A DNA stretch of 64,000 nt from a phage. The DNA lies in NCBI GenBank assembly GCA_037574385.1, contig GCA_037574385.1_4529.1; one strand, given 5' to 3'. Numbering within the stretch: the stretch's first letter is position 1; every line of letters starts with the position of its first letter. Both the position numbers and the translations under genes were made by a program. The notes beneath the pieces are model-generated. The model had not been told where the DNA came from. It ran no database searches and saw only the letters and a program-made list of their open reading frames with translations. Below, one piece after another: positions 27,362-37,391 of the stretch.

Positions 27362-28380
27362 ATCTTCGAATAACGAGATAATCTCATTTTAGCATGCAAC
27401 CCACTTGAAATATTCTGTTTCATATATTCTAAAATTTCTTGTGGTGTTGCATTTTCTTTCATTACCATATCATTCACATCCTTTGATCTCCATGGAGCTC
27501 TATCCCAGAACATAACACGTTCGCCTGCATCTACTAATCGCTTCATACGAGCTATAGTATCCGGATGCCTAGGTTCATTATCCATTACCCATACCCGACG
27601 TTCTTTAAATGGTACCACATCTAAATCTATTGAGCCGCCTGTAATAGCGATTGCATTGGGTATGAATAAACTATCAATAGGGCCTTCCATTACCCAGACG
27701 TCTCCTTCCTTAACACGTTCAACACCATAAATTTTTGTTGCAGACTCAAACGCTTTAATAGTGATATATTTCTGAGGAGCATCTTTACGAAGTGCACGTC
27801 CTTGGAATGACTCGGCCTTCCCGTCTTTATTAAAAATAGGAATCACTAAACGTGGTTCAGGAATCTCTTTCTTATACGTACCAGGTTGAATTTTGTTAAC
27901 CAATTTAGGCCATTCTAATGTGAACCATAATCTGTTCCACGATTCTTTAGGAATACACCGAGACTTAACATATTTCACAATAGGATGCTCTTCAGGCAGC
28001 TTGTCCAGACGAGAACAAGACGGCAAAGAATTTATAGTCTTTTTCTCCGGTTCTGGTTTATGTTCAGGAACCTTTTCAATCTTTGGTTCCATTCTAGCTT
28101 TTTCTTTACGAACTTCCATTAGATATTCACGATAAAGATCTTCGTCATACTCTTTTAAGTATCCGGAAATTGTATTATGATATTGACAGTTATAGCAATG
28201 CACATTACCTGGAGTACCGCCATAATACCATCCGCGAGCTTTCATTGCATCTGTCTGAGAGTCGCCACAAACTGGACAACGAAACGTTAATTTAAATGTG
28301 CTTGAATTATTGATTTGTCTAAAACGAGGTAGGTGAGAAAACGCACGATAAGCAAATTCATTATCTATCCATTCAGCCAT
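27358..28380 (-). CDS. 61: DNA primase gp61
   Basis: 340 aa; N-terminal zinc ribbon CPVCGDS...CYNC and Toprim region; matches T4 gp61. Confidence 0.9.
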   Translation of the reverse strand: MAEWIDNEFAYRAFSHLPRFRQINNSSTFKLTFRCPVCGDSQTDAMKARGWYYGGTPGNVHCYNCQYHNTISGYLKEYDEDLYREYLMEVRKEKARMEPKIEKVPEHKPEPEKKTINSLPSCSRLDKLPEEHPIVKYVKSRCIPKESWNRLWFTLEWPKLVNKIQPGTYKKEIPEPRLVIPIFNKDGKAESFQGRALRKDAPQKYITIKAFESATKIYGVERVKEGDVWVMEGPIDSLFIPNAIAITGGSIDLDVVPFKERRVWVMDNEPRHPDTIARMKRLVDAGERVMFWDRAPWRSKDVNDMVMKENATPQEILEYMKQNISSGLHAKMRLSRYSKI

Positions 28381-28419
28381 AGTATTCTCCAGAGGCCTTA
28401 AATTAATAAGGCCATCATA

Positions 28420-28914
28420 TCACAACTTATTGATATTTACTTTAATTCGCTTTCTTTTCTTGGAAGGAATTTGTTCTGGACCTTTATTTACGACTGCACC
28501 TGTAGTTGTTCCTGATGCAATAGCTTGAGGACTGCCACCTGAATCACCAGCCACCATATCCTCAAATAAAGGGAGTTCTTTAAATATTTCTTTCTGCTGT
28601 TCTTCTGTAATGTTATAGCGGGATGCTACAGCACTCCAGGCAGACATCATTGAGGCCATTCCATTAAGACCCGGAACAGTGCTCATCATTCGCTTCATTG
28701 AACGAACTGAAGCATGAAAAGGTGTATAAGCCGCTTTCTCTTCAGGAGTGGAAGGACGTTTAAGAACACTTCCACGTTCGTCGATGATTTTGGCTTCATA
28801 CGCTTTCCATTCGGTAAAAGGTTTTTGCATTAGACGAATAAACTTATATGCATAAACTGAATCTATTGCAGTGTTAATAATACCCATAGGTACCTCCTGA
28901 GTATATTTAATCAA
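28420..28914 (-). CDS. 61.1-like hypothetical protein (164 aa)
   Basis: ORF immediately upstream of 61. Confidence 0.55.
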   Translation of the reverse strand: MIKYTQEVPMGIINTAIDSVYAYKFIRLMQKPFTEWKAYEAKIIDERGSVLKRPSTPEEKAAYTPFHASVRSMKRMMSTVPGLNGMASMMSAWSAVASRYNITEEQQKEIFKELPLFEDMVAGDSGGSPQAIASGTTTGAVVNKGPEQIPSKKRKRIKVNINKL

Positions 28915-29104
28915 TCACAAAGATCGCTTTATCACCGTTCGCATCTGTGACTTCATATGTAGTGTCTTCATAGTGTGGAATATTCCAAATTACACCGTCA
29001 TTAGCTTTTACGCTAATATGACATTGGTGTTTTGAAACAACTTCATAATCTTCAAAACTTGTAAAAACACTAATTTTAGAACCAGTGCAAATTGCAGTAG
29101 TCAT
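28907..29104 (-). CDS. hypothetical protein (65 aa)
   Basis: ORF in operon orientation. Confidence 0.45.
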   Translation of the reverse strand: MTTAICTGSKISVFTSFEDYEVVSKHQCHISVKANDGVIWNIPHYEDTTYEVTDANGDKAIFVID

Positions 29105-29105
29105 T

Positions 29106-29765
29106 TTAACCTCGATTCATAAATGCATTAAATATTTGGTCATCAACAGAAATTTCTAATTCGACTTCAATTGCTTCAGCCTTTTCTTCAGGTGGTAATT
29201 CGTATCCACACACTACAATTTTTTCATCGATATCAAAATATACAGAAGCAATATGATTAATGTTATTTTCAGTTAAGTCTAAATCAACATCAACATCTTT
29301 TTGACCTACACTTAAAGGATAACTAATACGGGTTATTTTATTATCTTTAACAAAGAGTCCACCAACATACTCTGTACTACGTTTGAAGTTTACACGTTTC
29401 CGAATTGAAAGATATGATGCATCTTTACCGTGAGCTCGGCTCATAGGACATAATGAATAACTAGAATAAGAGATATCAAATCCTACGCCTTCAACATGTG
29501 CCAGAGTATCATGAGTAAACCAATTATAGTCGTATGCCAAATCCATTAAATTATAATATGTGAACGGAACTGGATTAACGTCATACGTTGTACCTTTAAA
29601 ATCTGCCCAGGCAACGATTTCGTTATCTTTAACAATTACAAAAATTACACCAATATGGTATCCGTTATTATTTTCATTCGGCGTTATATTATAACATTGT
29701 GCATTAGGAAATTTACCATATTTAAATGGCGCGTTTTTGTGCATATAATAAATCATATTATTCAC
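29106..29765 (-). CDS. hypothetical protein (219 aa)
   Basis: ORF in operon orientation. Confidence 0.55.
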   Translation of the reverse strand: MNNMIYYMHKNAPFKYGKFPNAQCYNITPNENNNGYHIGVIFVIVKDNEIVAWADFKGTTYDVNPVPFTYYNLMDLAYDYNWFTHDTLAHVEGVGFDISYSSYSLCPMSRAHGKDASYLSIRKRVNFKRSTEYVGGLFVKDNKITRISYPLSVGQKDVDVDLDLTENNINHIASVYFDIDEKIVVCGYELPPEEKAEAIEVELEISVDDQIFNAFMNRG

Positions 29766-30051
29766 CTGTGATTTCGGTTACGATATCTTTGTTATCGAAA
29801 TTAGGGTCACAATACAAAACATAGTTGTACTGCATGATACCGCCAGACTTAAGTTGTTCAACAACTTTATTAACCATATTAGGACGGTCTCGTTTAGTGA
29901 TGTTCATGATATCAGAGAAGATTTGTTGTTCAACATCTTCTTGATTTGCAGTCATTGACCACTCACAGAGGTCTTTATCATAACCTGCTGTAACTGGAGC
30001 TGGTGCACATGATACTGCAAGTAAGATTGCTGCCAATGATAACTTTTTCAT
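29758..30051 (-). CDS. sp: Spackle (Sp) periplasmic protein
   Basis: 97 aa; signal peptide MKKLSLAAILLAVSCA..., GYDKDLCEWSMTA...MQYNYVLYCD.NF.NK.I..E..GE matches T4 Sp. Confidence 0.85.
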   Translation of the reverse strand: MKKLSLAAILLAVSCAPAPVTAGYDKDLCEWSMTANQEDVEQQIFSDIMNITKRDRPNMVNKVVEQLKSGGIMQYNYVLYCDPNFDNKDIVTEITGE

Positions 30052-30114
30052 TTTAACTCCTTAGTTGATTTGATAGGACTACTATACTATAGTCCATCTA
30101 TAATGTAAACAAGT

Positions 30115-30363
30115 TTATTCTTTTTCGCGAATAATAATTACTTGTTGAGGCTGCTGAGCAGATTTCTTTTCGGCAACGATAGACCAAATTAAAGTTCCAA
30201 TCCAACCAACCATCGTCCAGTTAAAGAGCAAAGATACAAAGAAGATTGCTGTTGTGCTTTTTGTGCCACGAATAAGTGCGATTACCCAAGGCAACATGTA
30301 AATGATGATTGAACCAATACCTGCGATTAAAACTGCTACTGAACTAGCTACGAATAATTCCAT
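30115..30363 (-). CDS. small membrane protein (82 aa, two TM segments)
   Basis: Hydrophobic ORF in operon orientation. Confidence 0.5.
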   Translation of the reverse strand: MELFVASSVAVLIAGIGSIIIYMLPWVIALIRGTKSTTAIFFVSLLFNWTMVGWIGTLIWSIVAEKKSAQQPQQVIIIREKE

Positions 30364-30424
30364 GTTAATTTCCTCTTGATTTGTTATGTTTATAGTATCT
30401 TGTTTTAACTTTGGCGTAAACCAA

Positions 30425-30793
30425 TTAATTAAATTTGTTTAAACGTTCAATACACTGGACGTAGTTATTCGCGATTTGTTTCTGGGTAGGCTCTTTACCA
30501 GTTGTTTCAATATAGCGAATGAATGCGATTTCAGTAGCCTGTAAGCAATGTTCTTTAACGCGTTGTTCTTTTGTCAATGCTACAGTATCAGAATCACGAT
30601 AACGTTGAGCATGGGCATCAGCTTGAATCATTCGATTACCTACAGTAACCGGGTCTTCCACTTCAACTTTAGGTTGGTTGTACTGTTTAACATTCGGGTT
30701 ATAAATCAATTGGCCAACATTATTAGGGATAAAGCCGTGAGCACCACATCCAGTTAATCCGAATACCATTGCTAAAGCGATTAATTTTTTCAT
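30425..30793 (-). CDS. putative lipoprotein (122 aa)
   Basis: Signal peptide plus lipobox MKKLIALAMVFGLTGC. Confidence 0.55.
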   Translation of the reverse strand: MKKLIALAMVFGLTGCGAHGFIPNNVGQLIYNPNVKQYNQPKVEVEDPVTVGNRMIQADAHAQRYRDSDTVALTKEQRVKEHCLQATEIAFIRYIETTGKEPTQKQIANNYVQCIERLNKFN

Positions 30794-30864
30794 TTCAATT
30801 TCCTCTGTAGTTGATAAAAAGATAGTAACACAGTATGTGGTGCTTGTAAACAGTTATTTTAAAA

Positions 30865-31074
30865 TTATCGAAAATCAGCTTCAAAAACTTTCTCGTCATT
30901 AATAAATGCTTTAACAAGTGCACTGTTCACTTCGGCGAGTTGTACCGCAACCCACTCGATTTCTTCACGATCACCTGATAACATGATATCTTTAGTGAAC
31001 ATCTCACCACTTTTAAACCAGCCAATAAAAGTAATTTTAGTTAATTTGCTCATATTTCCTCGCAAAATGCCCAT
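30865..31074 (-). CDS. hypothetical protein (69 aa)
   Basis: ORF in operon orientation. Confidence 0.45.
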   Translation of the reverse strand: MGILRGNMSKLTKITFIGWFKSGEMFTKDIMLSGDREEIEWVAVQLAEVNSALVKAFINDEKVFEADFR

Positions 31075-31367
31075 TCAGCGTGATAAACTGTAGCACCTTT
31101 AGTATCGTTCATTTGAACTACGTCTACCGGAGAAATTACTCGATAGAGACGTGGTTCACCTCCATAAGAGCGTGCTGCTCGTCCTGCATAAATCTTTGCT
31201 AAACCGATATCTTCAGTAAAGAATACACGATTCAAGTTTTTCTTACGTCCAGTTTCAGACAGAACTCCTGTTTCTTCAGGAGGACAAAGCATGTTTTCGA
31301 TGTTAGCTGAACTACTTGAACCGTGATAAAAAATCTTAAATTCTGCTTTACAATCGATGGTTTTCAT
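31050..31367 (-). CDS. hypothetical protein (105 aa)
   Basis: ORF preceded by promoter-hairpin element. Confidence 0.5.
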   Translation of the reverse strand: MKTIDCKAEFKIFYHGSSSSANIENMLCPPEETGVLSETGRKKNLNRVFFTEDIGLAKIYAGRAARSYGGEPRLYRVISPVDVVQMNDTKGATVYHAEWAFCEEI

Positions 31368-31373
31368 TTTGTT

Positions 31374-31414
31374 CTCCAGTAGTTGATAGGTCTATAATAA
31401 CACAACTACTGGAG
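31374..31414 (-). promoter_or_regulatory. 12-bp stem-loop with -10-like element in loop and Shine-Dalgarno in 3' arm
   Basis: CTCCAGTAGTTG ... CAACTACTGGAG perfect inverted repeat; minus strand GTTTAC-17 nt-TATTAT; 3' arm ...CTGGAGAACAAAATG. Confidence 0.5.
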
Positions 31415-31422
31415 AAGTAAAC

Positions 31423-31797
31423 TTAAAAACGTAATTTAGATATATCTGCGTTGATTTCGTTTTGGTTTGCGTCGTATGCAATTAAACGAACCGCTTTAGA
31501 TGGGTCATTCAATGCATAGAAATGATGGAACATTGCTCGAACGATATCACCATTTACGAGTTCTACCTGGATAGGAGAACCTTTTTCTAGTTGGAAATGT
31601 TCATAAGCTTTGATGGTTCGCAGATAATCAAGTTTTTGATTTCCGGCTCCAACAATTTGTACGATACGTTTGCCCATGTTTTCCATACGAGATACAATAG
31701 TTTTAGGAGCAAGAATAACGTAGGTTGCCAACGGAGAAACTACTTCAACAGTTGTGTTTTCGGTGATTGCAGTAAAAATTGCTTGAGACATATTCAT
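31423..31797 (-). CDS. hypothetical protein (124 aa)
   Basis: First ORF downstream of 41. Confidence 0.5.
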   Translation of the reverse strand: MNMSQAIFTAITENTTVEVVSPLATYVILAPKTIVSRMENMGKRIVQIVGAGNQKLDYLRTIKAYEHFQLEKGSPIQVELVNGDIVRAMFHHFYALNDPSKAVRLIAYDANQNEINADISKLRF

Positions 31798-31863
31798 AAT
31801 GTTTTCCTCTTGGTTGGTGTAAGTACATCATATCATGCCTAGAGGAAGATGTAAACCCCGAAA

Positions 31864-31879
31864 GGAGACCGAAGTCTCC
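31864..31879 (-). terminator. UUCG-tetraloop hairpin after gene 41
   Basis: Minus-strand RNA GGAGAC-UUCG-GUCUCC; U-rich flank mainly on the plus strand. Confidence 0.45.
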
Positions 31880-31885
31880 TTTTTA

Positions 31886-33328
31886 TTAAAATTTTAACTC
31901 ATTGGCTAAGCTATCTAGGTCAGCACGTGTTGCTTTGGCTTTACCTACGCGTTCCGTACGATTCACCTCTGCCTGACGCATCTGAGCACCTGCGTTTTCA
32001 TTTACTGTGTTAGGTGTGTTCATGCCTTCTTGCTCAATCTCAACCCATTTCTGATTGCCTTTACGTACACCCATCAAGAACTTGTTCCACTTATTCTTAT
32101 CACCATATCGTGATTTGATTTGTTTGATAAGTTGTTGTTCAGCTTGTGCAAGTTCTTCAGTTTCAATTACGGCCAACATGAAATCTGCCGTTGCTGGTAA
32201 ACCTGCTGATTCTGCAATATCACTCATGTTCATGTCTGAAGCATCCCATGCTGCACGTCCTACTTGAGCTGCAGTCCATAGAACTGTTTCAGATTCTACT
32301 GCTAATGCACGAAGTTCTTCTGCAATAGCTTTAACTAATGTGTAACTATTTTCAGTGTAAACTCTGATACGACAAGACCCACAAATACCTAAGTAATCGA
32401 CTATAATTACAGACGGCACAAAGTTCTTCTTAAGTTTCAATTCATTAAGCAATGCACGGAATGTATTAGCATTAGCTCCACCAGTAGGATACTGTTTGAC
32501 TACTAAACGTCCTAATGTTGATTTTGAACGCCATTTTTCCATCTTGGCTTTATATTCAGCATAAGATACGTTACCATCATCGATATCATCGAGTGATACG
32601 TCAAGCATGTTTGCATCTATACGCTTAGCACAAACTTCTTCAGCCATTTCCATGGAAATATAAAGAACATTATGTCCTGTTTGAAGATAATCTGCAGCAA
32701 GTGAACAAAGGCCTAAAGATTTACCAACGTTAACACCAGCCATTAAAACGTTCAGTGTACCTGTTTCTGCGCCACCTTTGGTGATTTTATTAAGAATGTT
32801 TAATTTGAACGGGACCTTACGTGCTTTATTTAGATAAGAAAGCCAGCGTGCTTCATAGTCTTCCATCCAGTCATGTCCAACATAACTATCGAACGAAATT
32901 GAAAGTGCTTGACGCATAATATCAGGAATAGCTCCTACGTCAGGCATTTTCTTGTTACGTTGTTCTGGAGGTAGTTCAGCATTAGACTGAATCTCAATGA
33001 TTTTGGATGTAGCATTATACATCGCTTTTTGCTGGACATATTTCTCAGTTTCTTTAACCAACCATTCGTGGTCTTCAGGAGTATCAGCCAATTTTTCAAT
33101 TAGGTCTGAAGTTCCTTTATATTCGGCTTCAGTTAAAGAACTGTTATCTAAAGCCACCTTTAATGCATTGATGGATGGCATTGCATTATATTCGTTAACG
33201 TGGCTCTTTATAATTTTAAAGACATTTTTTGCCGGTCCACGCTCAAAATACTCAGAATCCATATAAGGCCAGACCTTAGAAAAATAAGCCTGGTCGTATA
33301 CGAGATGAGACAAAATAATTTCTACCAC
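31886..33328 (-). CDS. 41: replicative DNA helicase gp41 (DnaB-like)
   Basis: 480 aa; Walker A GVNVGKSLG; DnaB-family architecture; matches T4 gp41. Confidence 0.95.
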   Translation of the reverse strand: MVEIILSHLVYDQAYFSKVWPYMDSEYFERGPAKNVFKIIKSHVNEYNAMPSINALKVALDNSSLTEAEYKGTSDLIEKLADTPEDHEWLVKETEKYVQQKAMYNATSKIIEIQSNAELPPEQRNKKMPDVGAIPDIMRQALSISFDSYVGHDWMEDYEARWLSYLNKARKVPFKLNILNKITKGGAETGTLNVLMAGVNVGKSLGLCSLAADYLQTGHNVLYISMEMAEEVCAKRIDANMLDVSLDDIDDGNVSYAEYKAKMEKWRSKSTLGRLVVKQYPTGGANANTFRALLNELKLKKNFVPSVIIVDYLGICGSCRIRVYTENSYTLVKAIAEELRALAVESETVLWTAAQVGRAAWDASDMNMSDIAESAGLPATADFMLAVIETEELAQAEQQLIKQIKSRYGDKNKWNKFLMGVRKGNQKWVEIEQEGMNTPNTVNENAGAQMRQAEVNRTERVGKAKATRADLDSLANELKF

Positions 33329-33337
33329 GATAACTCC

Positions 33338-33700
33338 TTAAAAGAATTTAAATTTTTTCTTGGTTCGTTCATTAAAAGCTTGTTGTACCTGCATTGTAAC
33401 ACATTTTTCAACATGCGGCGCAAGTTCTGCTTTTCTGTCCTGGTCAAGAACTGCAAAGTCCATTACGATTTTACCATCAACCCAATCTAGTTTTGTAATA
33501 TAGACTATATGATGGGAGCCGTCTTCAAGTGTAATCAGAATCTCTTGAATGACATTTTCCATTGCTGAACGGATAATTTTAAGAGATTCATTAAACACTC
33601 GTTCTTTGCGAATGTCTTCCCCTTCCGAAGAAGGGGATTCATCAACGATTTCTAGATTCAAATCATCGAGATTATTCATCGAAATCTTCCATTTCGTCAA
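33338..33700 (-). CDS. 40: gp40-like protein
   Basis: 120-aa ORF between uvsX and 41 as in T4. Confidence 0.6.
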   Translation of the reverse strand: MTKWKISMNNLDDLNLEIVDESPSSEGEDIRKERVFNESLKIIRSAMENVIQEILITLEDGSHHIVYITKLDWVDGKIVMDFAVLDQDRKAELAPHVEKCVTMQVQQAFNERTKKKFKFF

Positions 33701-34844
33701 GGTCGTTTTCTATATCTGCTGCAGATGGAGCATCAGAAGCTTTAACCGGAACTTTAGTTGTTGCTTTGCAATTAATAAGGTCGTTAACAGCGTCATCAAC
33801 TTCTTTAATAGAAGAGATAGCACCTAGTTTATATTTAGTTTCAATTGCATCTCGGAAAGGTTTGTGTTTAAACAACGGTCCCCAGAATTCTACACAATCA
33901 GTAGCTTTAGCACGCCATGATTTCTCTTCACGAATCATTTCGCCTGTTTCTTCGTCAAGGAATTCGCGAGCATACCACCCAGCTTTAGGCTTAACTACAA
34001 AACCAATTTCGGTTGCCATTTCTAGCAAGCCACTGAATGGGTCGATACCGCCATCAAAATTAACCGTGATCGGGAAAGTAGATTTCTCTTTAACTGTACG
34101 AGATTTTTCTGCTTTCAACGTGAAGTCATAACCGGTCAATTCTGTACCTTCTTTAACCTGACGTTTAGAGATAAAGAATACAGTGTTAGCAGAGTAAAGA
34201 ATACCTGTACCACCGCCCATAATCTCTTTAGGATATAGTCCGCCGATTTCCATTGCGGTATGGTTGATTGCAACACACGGAATATCTTTAATAGTCAGAT
34301 AAGGAGTCACAATGCGGAAAAGAGATTTAAGTGCCTTAGCACGAGACATATCACCTACGACTTTCTCGTTCAATGCATCTTCGGTTTCTTTCTTAGATGC
34401 AGTATTACCGATTGAATCGATAAAGATAATAACTTTATCACCGCGTTCAATTGCATCAAGCTGATTAGTCATATCAACTTTAAGTTGTTCGACAGACTGA
34501 ATTGGTGTATGAACTACACGGTCTAAATCAACACCCATTGAACGAAAATAAGATTCTGAAGCACCAAATTCCGAGTCATAAAACAAACAGATTGCATCTT
34601 TATATTTCTTCATATACGCTGCAACCATAGTCAGCCCAAACAATGTTTTAAAATGTTTAGAAGGTGCAGCAAAAATAGTCAAGCCTGATTGCAATCCTGC
34701 ATTCAGAGCACCACCTAGTGCAATATTCAACATCGGAATACGAGTAGGGACTTCATCACGATTATTAAACAGCTTAGACTTAGTCAAGTCTGCAGTCATT
34801 TTAGAAGTAGAAGCTTTAATCAGACGAGATTTTAAATCAGACAT
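33672..34844 (-). CDS. uvsX: UvsX recombinase (RecA-like)
   Basis: 390 aa RecA-fold ATPase with acidic C-terminal tail; matches T4 UvsX. Confidence 0.95.
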   Translation of the reverse strand: MSDLKSRLIKASTSKMTADLTKSKLFNNRDEVPTRIPMLNIALGGALNAGLQSGLTIFAAPSKHFKTLFGLTMVAAYMKKYKDAICLFYDSEFGASESYFRSMGVDLDRVVHTPIQSVEQLKVDMTNQLDAIERGDKVIIFIDSIGNTASKKETEDALNEKVVGDMSRAKALKSLFRIVTPYLTIKDIPCVAINHTAMEIGGLYPKEIMGGGTGILYSANTVFFISKRQVKEGTELTGYDFTLKAEKSRTVKEKSTFPITVNFDGGIDPFSGLLEMATEIGFVVKPKAGWYAREFLDEETGEMIREEKSWRAKATDCVEFWGPLFKHKPFRDAIETKYKLGAISSIKEVDDAVNDLINCKATTKVPVKASDAPSAADIENDLDEMEDFDE

Positions 34845-34943
34845 TGTATTTTTCCATAGGCATCATTATATTTTACTCATGTTTAAAAGATAAGATGATT
34901 ATATACTAAGAGTTATACAGCATTTAAAACTTTAAACAGGCTC

Positions 34944-35492
34944 TTAACGAGCCCATTTGATAATTTCTGTAATCAAATTATTACGTTCGCTTGCATTAAA
35001 TCCTATAACTTTGTTAGCACCATCATGATTAAGTAATTGATACGTTTGGATTTTGTTATGAATTGCAAACTCTTCAAAATGTGAAATGACTGTATTAAAA
35101 CCGAATGAAGACAAAGTAATAAGGTCGTCTTCAAAACTTTCAGTCATTTCGTTACGTGTTAAAATAATTGTGAACACATCATGGTTTTGGCAAAGACGAA
35201 TATAATCCTGTTCATAAACGTCAAGAACCGAGTCCGCATCTTGTCGAATACGTCCATAAACCCAGTTACTAATATATCCACGGTCTAATAGATAAATCTT
35301 AGTAGGGTCTAAATAATTCAACATCGTTTCGAAACAGCCAACTTCATTTCGAGACTTAACATCGAAACGCCCATCAACTGTTCGTTTAGGGAAATCAATC
35401 TTTACATATCTTTCACTAATTTCCATTATGTCATTAATGAAAGTTGTTTTACCAGCATTATCCGGTCCGTCTACTAAAATAATTTTAGCCAT
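34944..35492 (-). CDS. P-loop kinase (NMP-kinase/gluconokinase-like fold), substrate unknown
   Basis: 182 aa; Walker A LVDGPDNAGKTT at residues 5-16 and a later hhhhD Walker B-like segment. Confidence 0.55.
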   Translation of the reverse strand: MAKIILVDGPDNAGKTTFINDIMEISERYVKIDFPKRTVDGRFDVKSRNEVGCFETMLNYLDPTKIYLLDRGYISNWVYGRIRQDADSVLDVYEQDYIRLCQNHDVFTIILTRNEMTESFEDDLITLSSFGFNTVISHFEEFAIHNKIQTYQLLNHDGANKVIGFNASERNNLITEIIKWAR

Positions 35493-35493
35493 T

Positions 35494-36393
35494 TTATTCC
35501 TCGATTACGACATCTTCGTATTTAGGTATATTATACGGTGAAGAAATTAAAGCATTAAAGTAGATGAACTCACCAAGACCTGGATGGAATACTTCTTCAG
35601 GATTTTCGAAATATTGAATCTTCGGACGTCCTTTAAGAATTTGATAGTACTCAGTTTTAGTTGGTTTAAAAATTCGAATCAGCGCTTCTTCAGGGTACTT
35701 ATTTCTGTCGAAGCTAATATTTGGATCTGTTATATAAAGCGGTTGGCCTAATTGAATTGCACATTCAACCACTTGTTCAAAACGATAGCACGGGTCACTA
35801 ATTCGAAATGGATGAAAAATACCATCTAGATGAATAGGAGCCAAATCACCTACAAGACGCTGCATGATGGAAGGACGTATAACTTTCTGCGTTACGATAA
35901 TCTTATTACCATCTGCACCTGCGTTAACCAGCACTTCCTTTTGACGTTCATTCAACACAGTAGTTTGAAGTGAACGATTAACCGACAACATATCGGTTTT
36001 TAAGAATTCATCAATATAAAAGCGTGGTTTATTAGGGTCTGTAGTGATATTGAAATTGAATTCCACATCAAAAGCGCCATCATATCCAGTGATATCTGTG
36101 ATTAGAAAATCACAATCATAATAAGCAATTAATGAATCAACCACAAATTCATTTTCAGACCAGAAATATTTACGAGTGTTATACGCGTTATCTTTATACC
36201 ATAATGGAACAAACTTAAATTCCGGGAAAAGACGTTCACATTCTTTAATATCAGATGCATTACGTGGATATGTAATCACATCACCCGGATTAGCACGGTG
36301 CAAATGAAGTTGGAAGTTGCCATCCTTAAGGATAGCATACTGTCCAGTTTCATAAGACCGCATACTCAAGATTGGTACGCGGAAAATAGCCAT
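35494..36393 (-). CDS. hypothetical protein (299 aa) at the position of T4 beta-gt; candidate transferase
   Basis: No motif recognised; placed between uvsX and the hydroxymethylase where T4 encodes beta-glucosyltransferase. Confidence 0.5.
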   Translation of the reverse strand: MAIFRVPILSMRSYETGQYAILKDGNFQLHLHRANPGDVITYPRNASDIKECERLFPEFKFVPLWYKDNAYNTRKYFWSENEFVVDSLIAYYDCDFLITDITGYDGAFDVEFNFNITTDPNKPRFYIDEFLKTDMLSVNRSLQTTVLNERQKEVLVNAGADGNKIIVTQKVIRPSIMQRLVGDLAPIHLDGIFHPFRISDPCYRFEQVVECAIQLGQPLYITDPNISFDRNKYPEEALIRIFKPTKTEYYQILKGRPKIQYFENPEEVFHPGLGEFIYFNALISSPYNIPKYEDVVIEE

Positions 36394-37109
36394 TAGTCAA
36401 GGAATCCTTTAACATAATCAAAATCACGTTCAAACACATGGGCACTTACCATGGTATGAGTATAATCACCAACTTCTACACCGCATTCGTTAGCGATATA
36501 ATGAAGTAATTTTCCTTGGAGATAAAAATCCAACTGCATAACAACAGCACAGTTCTGAGAACGCATATGGCAGTGCGTATAAAGCTTACCATCACGAATA
36601 TAATAAGTAACTGAGTCAGTACATGGATATTCAAGCGTTTCGTCTGAATCAAGCAAAGCCTGATCAGAACTTTCTAGAATTTGGAACACAACTCTTCGGG
36701 AGTTAGGCTTCTCTTTAAGTTCTTTTAGAAGAGCTGGTAATTGGGCCGCAATGCGAGGACCATAGAAAGTGTTGAAGTTCGCCGGCAAAACATCTGATTT
36801 TGGTTTAGAAATAAATTTAGCGACATTAGGATATGCCTTAAACGCTTCTTCTGCGTTGGTACCACCAGAAATCATAAACTTCCAGAAGTCTTCGGCATAT
36901 TCATAAGAGATGCGGTTAATACGTGGGTCGGTCATTTTGAATGATGATGGAGTGTCAACAACTACTGTCATAGACCCAATTTCATTACAACGTCCAATAC
37001 GAGAATCAGTTACGAATTCCGGGTTTTCTAAAATTTCACGATTGACTGCTTTAAATGCGGTTTGAAAATCTGCGGCTTTGATATATTTCATTGTGTTATG
37101 TTTTCCCAT
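36393..37109 (-). CDS. thymidylate-synthase-family pyrimidine nucleotide hydroxymethylase (divergent gp42-like)
   Basis: 238 aa; SRRVVFQILES, EYPCTDSVTYYIRDGKL and VSAHVFERDF align with TS / dCMP-hydroxymethylase motifs (catalytic Cys in PCT). Confidence 0.6.
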   Translation of the reverse strand: MGKHNTMKYIKAADFQTAFKAVNREILENPEFVTDSRIGRCNEIGSMTVVVDTPSSFKMTDPRINRISYEYAEDFWKFMISGGTNAEEAFKAYPNVAKFISKPKSDVLPANFNTFYGPRIAAQLPALLKELKEKPNSRRVVFQILESSDQALLDSDETLEYPCTDSVTYYIRDGKLYTHCHMRSQNCAVVMQLDFYLQGKLLHYIANECGVEVGDYTHTMVSAHVFERDFDYVKGFLD

Positions 37110-37151
37110 GTTTACCTCAATACAATTTATTATATACTCAATTCGTAAAGC

Positions 37152-37391
37152 TTATTTGAATTTCTTGACAATGTTGATATAACGTAAAGCTTCAGCATCG
37201 ATACTTCCAAGGACACTATGAAGAAATGCATCAGCGTAGTATTCCAATTGAATAGGTTCTTTAATCACTTTAGCCGCTTTGGTTTCAAACAGGCCCATCA
37301 GGGCCTTTTTAAGAATTTGTTCGTTGCTGTTAATTTTCGTAGTCAAAATCTCTTCATTAAGTTGGTGGTTAAAAGTTTTTCTAGAAATCAT
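37152..37391 (-). CDS. hypothetical protein (79 aa)
   Basis: ORF within the cassette. Confidence 0.45.
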   Translation of the reverse strand: MISRKTFNHQLNEEILTTKINSNEQILKKALMGLFETKAAKVIKEPIQLEYYADAFLHSVLGSIDAEALRYINIVKKFK

